From positions 1,899,968-1,963,967 of the forward strand of contig CBDFGD010000002.1 in the NCBI GenBank assembly GCA_965246965.1: a stretch of 64,000 nt of DNA, written 5' to 3'. Under the pieces are notes generated by a model. That model did not search any database, was not told the DNA's origin, and saw only the letters and a program-made list of their open reading frames with translations. Each line of letters begins with the position of its first letter. Position 1 is the stretch's first letter. This stretch comes from Vicinamibacteria bacterium. Lineage in GTDB: Bacteria > Acidobacteriota > Vicinamibacteria > Fen-336 > CBDFGD01. A program made the translations under genes and the position numbers. Positions 1-10,300 of the stretch are shown in pieces.

Positions 1-464
1 CCGACAAAACCAGGCGCCTCAATCCGCAGGCGCCGAAACTCACCGTATATGACGGAGACACGGAACATGCCGTTGTCGTCGGATTGAACTTTCTCAGCAC
101 CACGTGTGGCGGTGTCGACGTAGATCGTCGCGTCTTTGATGGGGGCGCCCAGCTGTGGAGCCCTTTGCTTCAACTGCCCGACGATCTCGAATGTCTCGAC
201 GTCGATGGTCCCGTGTCTGGGTGTGCGCGTCGAGCTTGGAGCGATGAGCGGCGTGTCGGGCTTCTCGAAGTCTCCCGCCTTCACGGTCTCGGAGGCGTCT
301 CTTGCCTCGAGCCGGGTCGCGTCAGTCGCTTCGGCCCCTTGTCCTGCCGTCTCGGCACGTTCTGTGTCCGCTGTCTCGCTGCGGGCCGTCTCCGAGTCGC
401 ATCCGATCGCCAGGGCAACGGCCACGATGGCGACTAATGCAGCGCGGGCCAAGGGTGAGTTCAT
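1..464 (-). CDS. Putative lipoprotein, partial (5' end of gene at 464; runs off window start)
   Basis: Hand translation of reverse strand from ATG at 462-464: MNSPLARAALVAIVAVALAIGCDSET... has a signal peptide with LAIGC lipobox; open to position 1; not in supplied ORF table because no stop inside window. Confidence 0.4.
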   Translation of the reverse strand, partial: MNSPLARAALVAIVAVALAIGCDSETARSETADTERAETAGQGAEATDATRLEARDASETVKAGDFEKPDTPLIAPSSTRTPRHGTIDVETFEIVGQLKQRAPQLGAPIKDATIYVDTATRGAEKVQSDDNGMFRVSVIYGEFRRLRIEAPGFV

Positions 465-569
465 GTTTCCATCCACAGTGCGTGAGGGAACGTGCTGTTT
501 ACTATCCGCCATACACGTGACCACGCCGACGCGGGCCAGATGAGGCGGCGGACCACGAGGGCCCCTGCC

Positions 570-636
570 CCCCCTCCCACGCCGATCTGGGCGGTGACTT
601 CGTACGGGCCGAGGCGGGTTCTGGCGGCGAGAGGCA
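570..636 (-). pseudogene. Ghost copy of Ser/Thr kinase N-terminus ([22 protein letters not shown]...) immediately 3' of the kinase stop; reading frame collapses after ~22 codons
   Basis: rc of 571-636 is about 90% identical at nt level to rc of 3265-3330 (true kinase start [27 protein letters not shown]); ATG at 634-636 abuts kinase stop at 637-639. Confidence 0.45.
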
Positions 637-3330
637 TCAGTTCGTCGGCACCAGCCGCTTCAGCTCCTCGACCCAGTTCTGCACGACGACGATCTGTGTG
701 CCCCCGGCCTGCGACCCGACGGGCTCCAGCATCAGGAATCGCTGTCCGTCTGGACTGACGTCGTACCAGGGGAAGCTGGCATCAGTCGGCTGGTACGGTC
801 CTGCAAAGAGCATTCGAGGCGTTCCCGCTGCAAAGCCATCGTCCGTCTCCACGGCCACCGCCATGATCCGATTCCCGCTGCGGTAAAACAGCTCACCGCC
901 TTGCGGGTTCCACACCGGTTCCTGGCCTCCGTCGCTCGAAATCTGCCACTTGCCGCCTGGCCCTGGATACGGCTGCACGTAAACCTCCCTCCGGCCCGAC
1001 TCGGTCGAGGTGTAGACCATCCAGTTGCCGTCAGGGGAAAACTTCGGTGCCGTTTCCTCATAGCCGCTCTGTAGGAACGTCTCCACCTCGCGACCCTCGA
1101 GACGCATCACCCTGATTGCGCGCCCGGCCTCCGGGTGGTCTTCGATGAACGCCAGCAGTTGCCCGTCCGGAGAGAACGATGCCGGCGAAGTCTGATAGTC
1201 AGACGTCGTCAACCTCTCCAAGCCACCGCCGCCATCGGCCAGCTGCCAGAAGATGCTCAATGGTGGACCTTCGCGAGTTGAAACGAAGGCGAACCGCTTC
1301 CCGTCGTGCGACCACTGGGGAACGGTATTGTTTCCTGGCCCAAAGGTCTGGCGGGTGAGCCGCGTGCGGAGGATCTCGTACACCCAGACATGGGTCTCAT
1401 CCTCGGCAATTCCGGCGGCTACCCACTGGCCGTCGGGCGACACCCGGGGAAACTCGTAGCTCCGAGGGGGAGCGGACAAGGGCTCAGCCACACCCTGGCG
1501 GTCCACCCAGACGAGTCGGCTCATCGATTCCTCAGCGGAACCCGCGATGTAGGCCAGGGTCCCCGTTCGGGAGATGGCAAAGTGCCCTGCGCGAAGGGCA
1601 TCAGAGGGGGAGCGAACGCCTTCCACGACCGGCACCGGAGAACCAGAGACCTCCAGCCGATCGAGATCGAGTGGAACGGCCATCACGGTTCCAGCCTGGT
1701 TGTAGACCAGATGCCCCGTGGAAGCGTAACGGGGGGTGGAGCCGCCCTGCATCAGGACCTTCCGCTCGCCCGTATCGAGCCGCTGGGCCACGATCGCCAC
1801 GTCGCTGTCGGACCCGGTAGCGGTCGCGAACAGCACCTCCTGGCCCCCGGGCAGAATCTCCGGCCAACCCTGCCAGACGCCTTGCGAGCCAGCATCCCGC
1901 GACGTGAGGGGCTCGGGCGTCCCGCCCTCTGCCGACACCCGCAGGAGTCCGGACCCGCCGACCGAGCCGAAGATGATGTGGTCATCGGGTCCCCAGCGCG
2001 CCCCCATGCCGCGGTCAGCCGTGCTGCAGATGGTCAGCGCGGTACCGCCCGTGATCGGGACCTTCTTCAGTTCCCTTCCCGCAAAGAAGCCCAGCCACTG
2101 TCCGTCGGGAGAAAGGAATGGGCTGTCCGCCCCGTCGGTTCCTGAGAGTGCCGTGTGCTCCAGGCTATCCATGCGCCGAAGATAAAGACGCACCGGATCG
2201 TTTCCCACTTGCGCGGCATAGACCATCAGGGAGCCATCCGGAGACAAGGTCAGTGGCCCGAGTGCGTTGGGCAGAATCGTTTCGTCGGCCTGCAAGGCCA
2301 CGACCGTGCGTGACACCGGGAGAGCTGGCTGCGGGGGCGTTGGTTTGAGGTTCCAGACCGCGATGCCGCTGGTCACGGCCACTAACGCCGGCAGCGCCCA
2401 CGATCTCGTCCGTCGCCACGGAGTTTCTTCCGCCCCAACGGATTCCACCGCCTGCGGGCTCGTAACGTCGAACGCGCCCTCGAGAGCTAGCCTCATGTTC
2501 CGGATGTCACCCAGGCGTTGCTTCGGGTCCTTGTGCAGGCAACGGAGCAAGTACACACGCAGCGTGGGCGACAATGCCGCGGGCAGGGCGTCCCACGATG
2601 GCTCGCTCCTGACGACCGCCGCCAGCGTGTCCGTCATGTCCTCGCCAGGAAACGCGCGTCCGCCCGTGAGCATCTCGTAGAGCTCGACGCCGAATGCCCA
2701 CACGTCGGCGCGACGGTCGACAACCTTGCCCCGGGCCTGCTCCGGGCTCATGTACGCCGCGGTCCCGAGGATGATCCCGGCCTGCGACATCGCGGGCGAC
2801 GCCAGCGTCGGGGATTGGGACAAATCCGGCGATGAGGATGTGCCGGCCGGTTCGAGTGCCTTCGCCAGGCCGAAGTCCAGCACCTTCACCGTCCCGTCTT
2901 CGCGGACCTTGACGTTCGCCGGCTTCAGGTCGCGGTGGATGATGCCGTGCTCGTGAGCCTCTTCGAGGGCCTCGGCGATCTGCTTCGCGATGGCGATGGC
3001 TTCGTCGACGGGAATCGCGCCGCGCGTCAGGCGCTCGGCGAGATCTTCACCCTCGACCAGCTCCATCACGAGCGCCTTCGCGCCACCGGCGTCCTCGAGG
3101 CCGTAGATCGCCGCGATGTGGGGGTGATTCAGGGACGCCAGCACTTCGGCTTCGCGCTGGAACCGCGCCAGGCGATCCGTATCGGCGGCGACGGCTTCAG
3201 GCAGCACCTTGATGGCGACCAGGCGCTTCAGCTTCGTGTCGGTCGCTTGATACACCTCGCCCATGCCGCCCACGCCAATCTGGGCGGTGACTTCGTACGG
3301 GCCGAGCCGGGTTCCGGCGGCGAGGGACAT
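637..3330 (-). CDS. Serine/threonine protein kinase with C-terminal TolB/WD40-like beta-propeller repeats
   Basis: 897 aa ORF; N-terminal Hanks kinase motifs ([32 protein letters not shown]); C-terminal half rich in SPDG/WxxP repeats typical of TolB-like propellers. Confidence 0.85.
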   Translation of the reverse strand: MSLAAGTRLGPYEVTAQIGVGGMGEVYQATDTKLKRLVAIKVLPEAVAADTDRLARFQREAEVLASLNHPHIAAIYGLEDAGGAKALVMELVEGEDLAERLTRGAIPVDEAIAIAKQIAEALEEAHEHGIIHRDLKPANVKVREDGTVKVLDFGLAKALEPAGTSSSPDLSQSPTLASPAMSQAGIILGTAAYMSPEQARGKVVDRRADVWAFGVELYEMLTGGRAFPGEDMTDTLAAVVRSEPSWDALPAALSPTLRVYLLRCLHKDPKQRLGDIRNMRLALEGAFDVTSPQAVESVGAEETPWRRTRSWALPALVAVTSGIAVWNLKPTPPQPALPVSRTVVALQADETILPNALGPLTLSPDGSLMVYAAQVGNDPVRLYLRRMDSLEHTALSGTDGADSPFLSPDGQWLGFFAGRELKKVPITGGTALTICSTADRGMGARWGPDDHIIFGSVGGSGLLRVSAEGGTPEPLTSRDAGSQGVWQGWPEILPGGQEVLFATATGSDSDVAIVAQRLDTGERKVLMQGGSTPRYASTGHLVYNQAGTVMAVPLDLDRLEVSGSPVPVVEGVRSPSDALRAGHFAISRTGTLAYIAGSAEESMSRLVWVDRQGVAEPLSAPPRSYEFPRVSPDGQWVAAGIAEDETHVWVYEILRTRLTRQTFGPGNNTVPQWSHDGKRFAFVSTREGPPLSIFWQLADGGGGLERLTTSDYQTSPASFSPDGQLLAFIEDHPEAGRAIRVMRLEGREVETFLQSGYEETAPKFSPDGNWMVYTSTESGRREVYVQPYPGPGGKWQISSDGGQEPVWNPQGGELFYRSGNRIMAVAVETDDGFAAGTPRMLFAGPYQPTDASFPWYDVSPDGQRFLMLEPVGSQAGGTQIVVVQNWVEELKRLVPTN

Positions 3331-3669
3331 TGGTTTGTCCTAGCGAATGCCGGGATTCTACCCGTCAGATGGGGACGGGGGCTTTGTCTTCAATCTCGCC
3401 TGGTAGGCGGTCCATGTCCTTTCGAGTGCCATTGATGACGAGGAGCTGGCGGATCCTTCGGTCGCGCTCCTGACTGCACTCCCTCAGGATGACGCTTCCA
3501 TGAGCGTCCAACCTACCGGGCGGTAAGTCGGAGTAAACTTGGCAGATAGCATCCCGCTGTCTGGGGCCGCTAGTGGGTGAGGGTCGCTTTCGAGAGGGGG
3601 GCAGCGATTCGTCATCCTAAGTAGCTTGTTTTGTTGTTGTTAGAAGAGATCACCTCACAACGCTCAGCG

Positions 3670-4758
3670 ATGCCAGCCAAGCAACACTACTCCGTGATCG
3701 TCGGGAGCGGCTGCTACATCCCGACCCGAAGAGTGCCGAACGACGAGTTCCTCGAGCACCGGTTCTTCGACGCCGAAGGCGCACCGATCGATCACACGCA
3801 GAACGAGAAGACGGTTTGGAAGTTCGGCGAGATCACCGAGATCACGGAGCGACGCTACGTCACCGATGATCTGGTGGCTTCGGACATGGCTCTCGCCGCG
3901 GCGCGTGCGGCGCTCGAAGCTTGGGGCGGCGACCAGGAGCTGCTCGACTACGTCATCGTCGCCCACAACTTCGGTGACGTTCTCGCCGACAATCGCCGCT
4001 CAGACATGGTCCCGACGCTCGCCGCCCGCGTCAAGGAGCGGCTCGAGGTCAACAACCCTGCGTGCGTTGCCTACGACCTGCCCTTCGGCTGTCCCGGCTG
4101 GCTGCAGGCCGTGATCCAGGCGAACTACTACCTTCGCTCTGGGGACGCGCAGCGCGCCCTCGTGATCGGCGCGGAGACGTTGTCGCGCGTCTGTGATCCG
4201 CACGACCGGGACAGCATGATCTACGCGGACGGCGCCGGGGCCATCGTGCTGGAGGCGCGGGAGTCGGAGCGACCCGTCGGCGTCCTGACCCACGCAACGC
4301 GGTCGGACACTCTCGAGCACGCGCGCTTGTTGAAGATGGACCGGACGTACGACCCCGCTTGCCGCAGCGAAGCGCTGTATCTCAAGATGCGCGGCCGAAA
4401 GCTCTACGAGTACGCGCTGACGAACGTCCCCGGCGTGATGGTCGACAGCCTCGAGAAGGCGGGGCTCGAGCTCGGGGCCATCGACAAGATTCTGATTCAC
4501 CAGGCCAACGGAAAGATGGACCGGGCGATCGCGAAGCGGCTGGCTCGTCACTGCGGAACGACCCTGGAGACGGACCGGCTGGTGCCGATGACGGTCTCCT
4601 GGCTGGGCAACAGCTCCGTCGCCACGCTGCCGACGTTGCTCGATCTGATTCTGCGCGGGAAGCTCGAAGACCACACCCTCCACGATGGAGACAACGTCAT
4701 CTTCGCGTCGGTGGGAGCGGGGATGAACATCAACTCCCTCGTCTATCGCTGCGCTTGA
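3670..4758 (+). CDS. 3-oxoacyl-ACP synthase III (FabH-like KAS III) family protein
   Basis: ORF 3631..4758; likely start MPAKQHYSVIVGSGCYIP at 3670; motifs HNFGDV, AYDLPFGCPGW (active-site Cys), IHQANGKM, GAGMN. Confidence 0.8.
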   Translation: MPAKQHYSVIVGSGCYIPTRRVPNDEFLEHRFFDAEGAPIDHTQNEKTVWKFGEITEITERRYVTDDLVASDMALAAARAALEAWGGDQELLDYVIVAHNFGDVLADNRRSDMVPTLAARVKERLEVNNPACVAYDLPFGCPGWLQAVIQANYYLRSGDAQRALVIGAETLSRVCDPHDRDSMIYADGAGAIVLEARESERPVGVLTHATRSDTLEHARLLKMDRTYDPACRSEALYLKMRGRKLYEYALTNVPGVMVDSLEKAGLELGAIDKILIHQANGKMDRAIAKRLARHCGTTLETDRLVPMTVSWLGNSSVATLPTLLDLILRGKLEDHTLHDGDNVIFASVGAGMNINSLVYRCA

Positions 4759-4795
4759 GCCCGCCCGCCGGAAAGGCTTTCGCGAGGCGAGCATC

Positions 4796-5579
4796 ACGCG
4801 GCGGAGACCCCAGGAGCTGCTCGATTTCAGCGGGCGGGTCTGCGTCGTGACCGGAGCCGGGACGGGCATCGGAGCCGGCGTGGCGCGCCGCTTCGCCGCC
4901 GCCGGAGCGGAGCGTGGTCGTCCATTTCCGGAGCAGCGAGGAGAGTGCCGGGCGGATCGCCGACGGGATCCGAGGGGCGGGCGGGCGCAGCATGACCGTC
5001 CAGGCGGATCTCACCAACACCTCGGGCGTGACGCGTCTGGTCGAGCGTTGCGTCGGCGAGTTGGGGCCGCCCGACGTCTGGGTCAACAACGCCGGCATCT
5101 ACCCGCTCCACGATCTGCTCGAGATGAGCGAGGCCGAATGGGAGCAGGTCGTCGACGCCAACCTCAAGAGCGTGCACCTGTGCACGCAGGCCGCCGCGAA
5201 GGCGATGATCGCGGCGGAACGCCGAGGCGCCATCGTCAACGTCGCGTCGATCGAAGCCAGCAACCCGGCTCCGATGCACAGCCACTACGCTGCCGCGAAG
5301 GCCGGGGTGCTCATGCACACGCGCGCGGCGGCCCTGGAGCTGGGCCCTCGGGGAATCCGCGTCAACGCCGTCTCGCCAGGCCTGATCTGGCGCGAGGGCC
5401 TCGAGGAAGACTGGCCGGACGGCGTCGAGAGGTACGGAAAGGCGGCGCCGCTCGGGCGGCTGGGGCGCGCCGAGGACGTCGCCGACGCGTGCCTGTTCCT
5501 CGCCTCTCCCGCCGCGAGCTGGGTCACGGGCGCCGAGCTGATCGTCGACGGTGGCGTAATGTGTCACCAGATCTACTGA
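4796..5579 (+). CDS. Short-chain dehydrogenase/reductase (SDR), interrupted by an apparent +1 frameshift near 4912-4920; start uncertain
   Basis: Rossmann motif VVTGAGTGIGAGVARRFAAAGAER in frame of ORF 4847..5593; remainder (VVHFRSS...VWVNNAGI...YAAAKAG...) in frame of ORF 4914..5579; junction AER|VVHF needs one base removed. Confidence 0.6.
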
Positions 5580-5580
5580 C

Positions 5581-6098
5581 GTGCCGAGGCTGACGGCCGA
5601 GTCAATCGCCGAGGCGCTCGGGCTGCGACCGCTACCCGGCGAAGGCGGCTTGTACCGGCAGACGTTCGAAGCCGACGAGAGCCTGGCCCCCAGCGCGTTG
5701 CCGCCCCGCTACGGGAGAGAGAAGCGGCTCTCGACGGCGATCTACTACCTGCTGTCGGACGACCCGAACTCCTTCTCGGCATTGCATCGCCTCCCGACCG
5801 ACGAGGTGTACCACTTCTATCTGGGAGACGCCGTCGAGCTCCTCCAACTCCACGCCGACGGCTCGAGCGAGACCCTCGTCCTTGGACACGATCTGGCAAG
5901 GGGGCAGCGCGTGCAGCACGTCGTCGCGCGCGGCGTCTGGGTTCGCGACTGGTCGAGGGCGGACGCTTCGCGCTGATGGGGACGACGATGGCTCCCGGCT
6001 ACGACGACCTCGACTACGAAGCCGGTGTGCGCGAGGAGCTGATCGCGAGCCACCCCGAGCGGGCCGACCTGATCCGTCGACTGACCCGCGTCCGCTGA
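5581..6098 (+). CDS. Cupin-fold DUF985 family protein, interrupted by apparent frameshift near 5940-5950
   Basis: ORF 5581..5976 (GGLYRQTFE...TAIYYLL...HRL..DEVYHFYLGD) continues in +2 frame as RLVEGGRFALMGTTMAPGYDDLDYE... to TGA at 6096-6098, matching DUF985 C-terminus. Confidence 0.6.
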
Positions 6099-6133
6099 CA
6101 TTTCGGCAACGGCGGCGGGCGCCCCGCGGGCTG

Positions 6134-6337
6134 CTAAGGCTTCGTCGTCAAGAGCGGCGGCTTCGCGAAGATGGTCTTCTCGCCTTGTAGCAGGTTGAGT
6201 ATCGCGATGAACTCCATGCCGTCCGAGGTCTGAAAGCGGGTCCGCTTGCCTCCGGCGAACTTCAACGAGAACGAGCCCCGGTTGTCCTTCGCATCCCACT
6301 CGGCGTCGTAGTCGACGACCGCTTGCGCTTCCGCCAT
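6134..6337 (-). CDS. Small hypothetical protein (67 aa) downstream of amidase
   Basis: ORF with strong RBS (aaaggagag 7 nt upstream of ATG at 6337); same strand, 60 bp after amidase stop. Confidence 0.5.
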   Translation of the reverse strand: MAEAQAVVDYDAEWDAKDNRGSFSLKFAGGKRTRFQTSDGMEFIAILNLLQGEKTIFAKPPLLTTKP

Positions 6338-6396
6338 AGCCTTCTCTCCTTTCCGTTCGTTTCTGGAGCCGAGGCGAAGTCCGCTGCTGCCATCGC

Positions 6397-7395
6397 CTAC
6401 TTCGAACCCCGGCGTTTCGCCTCGGCGATCAGATCCATGTTCCGCTCGTACGAGAGCTCGCCGGGGACCATGAGATCGGGTGGATAGGCCCGCTGCCCAT
6501 AAACCGGATACGCGCTCGTTCGCAGGTGCGCGAGCATGTGGTGACCGGACCGCGATTCGCGCTCGTGCCGAAGCGCCCCGATGTCGATCGGCGCCACGAC
6601 GATCCGCTCGCCGGGCCCGGGCGATGCCTCTGCCAACAAGCGACCGTCGAAGTCCACGACCTGACTACCGCCCGGCCAGGAGTACGGCGGGTAGTGCTTG
6701 AGGCTGGCCCCCTGGTTGGCGGCGACGACGTAGGTCATGTTCTCGAGCGCCCGGCAGCGGTTGACGACCGTCCACCAGTCCATCGGTGGCGTGGCCCCCC
6801 AGGGGTCCATGTACGCCGAGACGCGGACCAACACCTCGGCGCCGTTCGCCGCCAGCTGGCGCAGCGCCTCGGGGAACAGCCAGTCGTAGCAGATCGCGCA
6901 GCCGAGGCGGCCGATCGGCGTGTCGGCGACGGGAAACAACGGCTCCGAGTAGCCCTCGATGTCGTGGGGGCTCGTGTGCACCTCGTACGGAATCCACGTG
7001 TTGACCTTGCGGTATTTGTAGAGGATTCCCTCGGGGCCAATCAGGCACGTCGTGTTGAAGACGGCGCCGTCGTACTGGGCATCGACCTCGAGCATCGAGC
7101 CGCTCTGAATGTAGATGTCGTGCTCCTTCGCCTTCGCGTGCAGCTTCTCGGTGTGCTCGTTAGGGATCGCGACCGCGAGCTTCTCGCGCAGCTCGGCCAC
7201 GGTCTCGAAGACCGGCGCCGCGTGGGCGAACTCGGGAAAGACGACGAGGCGCACGGGCAGGAACGGGGCCGCGCCAACGACCGCCGAATCGATCATCTGC
7301 AGCATGCGGTCGGTGTTGCGGCGCATCTGGCCGCGCTCGACCGGGTTCTCGAGATCGGTCTGGCAGGCGGCGGCCGCGTATCGGAGCGTCGTCAA
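6397..7395 (-). CDS. Carbon-nitrogen hydrolase, aliphatic amidase/formamidase-like (nitrilase superfamily)
   Basis: 332 aa; catalytic triad context VVFPEFAHA (Glu), YRKVNTW (Lys), GCAICYD (Cys); overall similarity pattern to AmiE/AmiF. Confidence 0.8.
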   Translation of the reverse strand: MTTLRYAAAACQTDLENPVERGQMRRNTDRMLQMIDSAVVGAAPFLPVRLVVFPEFAHAAPVFETVAELREKLAVAIPNEHTEKLHAKAKEHDIYIQSGSMLEVDAQYDGAVFNTTCLIGPEGILYKYRKVNTWIPYEVHTSPHDIEGYSEPLFPVADTPIGRLGCAICYDWLFPEALRQLAANGAEVLVRVSAYMDPWGATPPMDWWTVVNRCRALENMTYVVAANQGASLKHYPPYSWPGGSQVVDFDGRLLAEASPGPGERIVVAPIDIGALRHERESRSGHHMLAHLRTSAYPVYGQRAYPPDLMVPGELSYERNMDLIAEAKRRGSK

Positions 7396-7396
7396 G

Positions 7397-10300
7397 TCAA
7401 TAGCCTGCGTCGATCCGGGCGCGCCGCCAGGCCGCGAGGATCGCCCAATCGATGGAGGGGATCTCGTCCCCCACGATCCGGGTGTTGTAGCGCTCCATCG
7501 TCTCGGCGAGCTCGGCCGTCAGCGGGAAGCTCTCCTCGGGACCGTAGGGGTAGCGTGTCATGCCGTGGAAAGGCAGCGGATGCAGCCTGTCGGGCGTCGC
7601 GGAGTTGATGTCCATCTCCTTGCTGAAGCCATCGGTGTAGAGCAGGAACGTGCGCTTCCACCCCTGCGGCAACGGCTCGAGGAAGCGGGCGTCGAAACGG
7701 AGCGCGATCTCGTCGCCGGGGCGCGAGAACACGAAGAGATCGTCCCCGGGGTGAAGCAGCGGAGCGACGTCACCGAGGCGCGTGTAGCGGCCGGGAAAGG
7801 CTTTCCACGGAGCCGCCCACGTCACGCTGTCGTAGTCGAAGCGCGTCGGCGCCACACCCTTGGACGCCAGCTCCTCCGAGAAGCCACGAAAGCGCAGCTC
7901 CGCGGCCTGGGGCGAGAGAACCTCGGTGCGCGTCTCGACGTTCTCGCCGGCACTTCCGATCAGCGCCTGATCCCAGTAGATGCGCATGTTCGTGACGATG
8001 CGCACCTCGCGCTCGGGCCCGAGCCAACGGCCCGTCAGGTCCACGACCACCGTCTGCGGCCGCCCCACGGGCACGCCGACCTCGGCTACGGCCGTCTTCC
8101 ACTGACCATCCCCGTCGCGCACTTCGAGTCGCGGCGGCTGGAGACCGAGGCCGCGCTGCGAGGCGGCGAGGTTGTCGCTCGAGAACGCGTAGTCCGTCCA
8201 GCCGTTGAGGAACAGGACGGCGTCGTCGGCCAGGTCACCCAGATCCAGGACGAGCGCGTGCTGCTTCGCGTAGCCGCGAATCGGCTCGAGGGCAAAGCCC
8301 GTCACGTACTTGCCGTCGATCGCGCGCAACGCGGCAAGGACGTCCTTGCCGGCTTCGTCGTGAGCGCGCTCCGGGGCGCGCCGAGCGCGCGTCGTGTAGA
8401 GCTTGAACGGGTGCGGCACACCGACCATCCCCTCGAGAGGGTAGATCTCGGCGTCACCCGGGTGAGCCACGACGTGGAGTCGGACTCCATCGAAGAACAA
8501 CGCCTCCTCGAGCTCGTTGGTCACACGCAGCTCGTAGCTCCCGCCGCGCTCGACGAGCTGGCGTTCGCTCAGGCGCACGTACTCGATCGGGTCCGGATGG
8601 TTGCGGATTCCGGGCGCCGCCCAGTAGCCCATCTCTCCGCCGCCCATGAAGTCGCTCACGAAGACGAACTTCTCCCCGTTCCAGGTGAATAAATAAGGAC
8701 AGGAAGACGGCTTGCGGTCCAGCTCCTGGATGTCGAGGCGAGCCGGGAGCAGGCCCCCCGCTTCGTCGATCGCGGTTTGGAGGATCCCGGCCGGCCACAA
8801 GACGCGGACGGCATCGGCGCCCCGGCGCACACCGAGACCGAAGAGCAGGTCCGCGGGTGCCGGGGCGGGCGATGCCGCGTACAGCTCGAGCTTCTGGTGC
8901 AGGCTGCCGGCCCGAACATCCAGCTTGGCGCCGATGCCGTCGCGATTGCTCACGCGGCCGGCGAGCGTCGCCAGGACCGCGGCGTTCCGGTTGCCCCCGT
9001 CGTTGCGAAGCAGACTCAGGTCGCCACCCGACCCGGACACGACGAGGTCGACGTCGCCGTCGCCGTCGAGGTCGCCGCTCGCCATCTGCGAGGCGGCGTC
9101 CGCCTCGAACGACGAAAGCCCAGCCGTGGCCTGGGGAACAGGGGCCCAGGAGCCACCCAGGTTGCGCGTCACGGCGAGCCCGTCCGGCCCCAGCGCGACG
9201 AGGTCGAGCAGCCCGTCGTTGTCGTAGTCGAGCACCTGCGCGGCGCTCGCACCGCGCGCCCGCTCGGGGCCCGGTAGCAGCTCGAAGCTCCCCTGGCCGT
9301 CACTCGAAGCGAACCAGCTCGCCTGCTCCGTCGCGAAGAAGAAATCGACGAACGAGTCCTTGTTGACGTCCCCCGCCGCGACCGCCGAAACGGCGCCCTG
9401 CAAGGCGAGCCCGACTGAAGTGGCGACATCGCCAAAGGTCTCGTCGCGCAGATTGCGCATCAAACGCGGTGCGGCGCCGTCGCTGACGAGAAGCAGGTCG
9501 GCATCCCGGCGGTTGTCGTAGTCGGTCGGGACGACCGCCACTCCCCTCCCGACGCCTCCTCCCACGCCGGCCGCGGTCGAGCCGTTCGAAAAGACGCCGG
9601 TGCCGTCGTTGCGCCACAGCTCGAACGGCGCGCCGACGACGAGATCGAGGTCACCGTCGTGATCGGCGTCGACCAGAGCCGCCACCGATGCCTTCGGCGT
9701 CACGGCAGAGAGCCCCGAGGCTTCGGTCGCGTCGACGAAGGCGACTCCGTCGCTGCGTTTGTAGAGCGCGCTCCCACCGCGGCCCCCACTCAAGAAGAAG
9801 ATGTCGGTGCGACCATCGTTGTCGACGTCGGCCGCCAGCGCCGCGGCGGCCCCCGAGGAAGCGTCGACGCCAAAGGCCCGGGTGGCATCCGAGAAACGGC
9901 CGCTCGAGTTGACCAGAACCGATCGCCCCGACTGCCCGGCGACCAACAGGTCCAGGTCGCCATCGTCGTCTACGTCGAACAACGTGGGACGACCCGTGCC
10001 GCCCAGCTCCTTCAGCCCGGCGGCCTCGGTGCCATCCGTGAAGCGAACCGCCGGAACCGCGCGATCGACGAGATCGGCCTCGCCGCCGGTCGATGCGATC
10101 GCCTCGGCGTAGCGCCCCTGCTCGAGATAGCTCTGGCCGAGCAGCGTGGCGTAGCCCGACCCCCGCAACACCTGGAAACGCTCGATCATCTCGCGGCCGG
10201 CGGCTCGATCACCGCCGCGAGTCAGCGCCATTCCCAGGTTGTAGACGGCCGTCGCGTTGTAGGGCTCGGACTCGACGGCGCTGCTGAGGGCCTCGATCGC

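Noticed and set aside
1306-2145. Multiple plus-strand ORFs (1306..2145, 1736..2185, 2267..2680, 2935..3435) inside the kinase gene
   Set aside because: All antisense to the 897-aa kinase. Composition artefacts of high GC.
4000-4869. 289-aa reverse-strand ORF overlapping the FabH-like gene
   Set aside because: Antisense to a clearly conserved gene. Arg/Ala/Gly-rich composition typical of spurious ORFs in 68% GC DNA.
6526-8692. Long plus-strand ORFs 6526..7608 and 7115..8692
   Set aside because: Antisense to the amidase and the CRTAC1-like gene. Arg/Ala-rich, no motifs.
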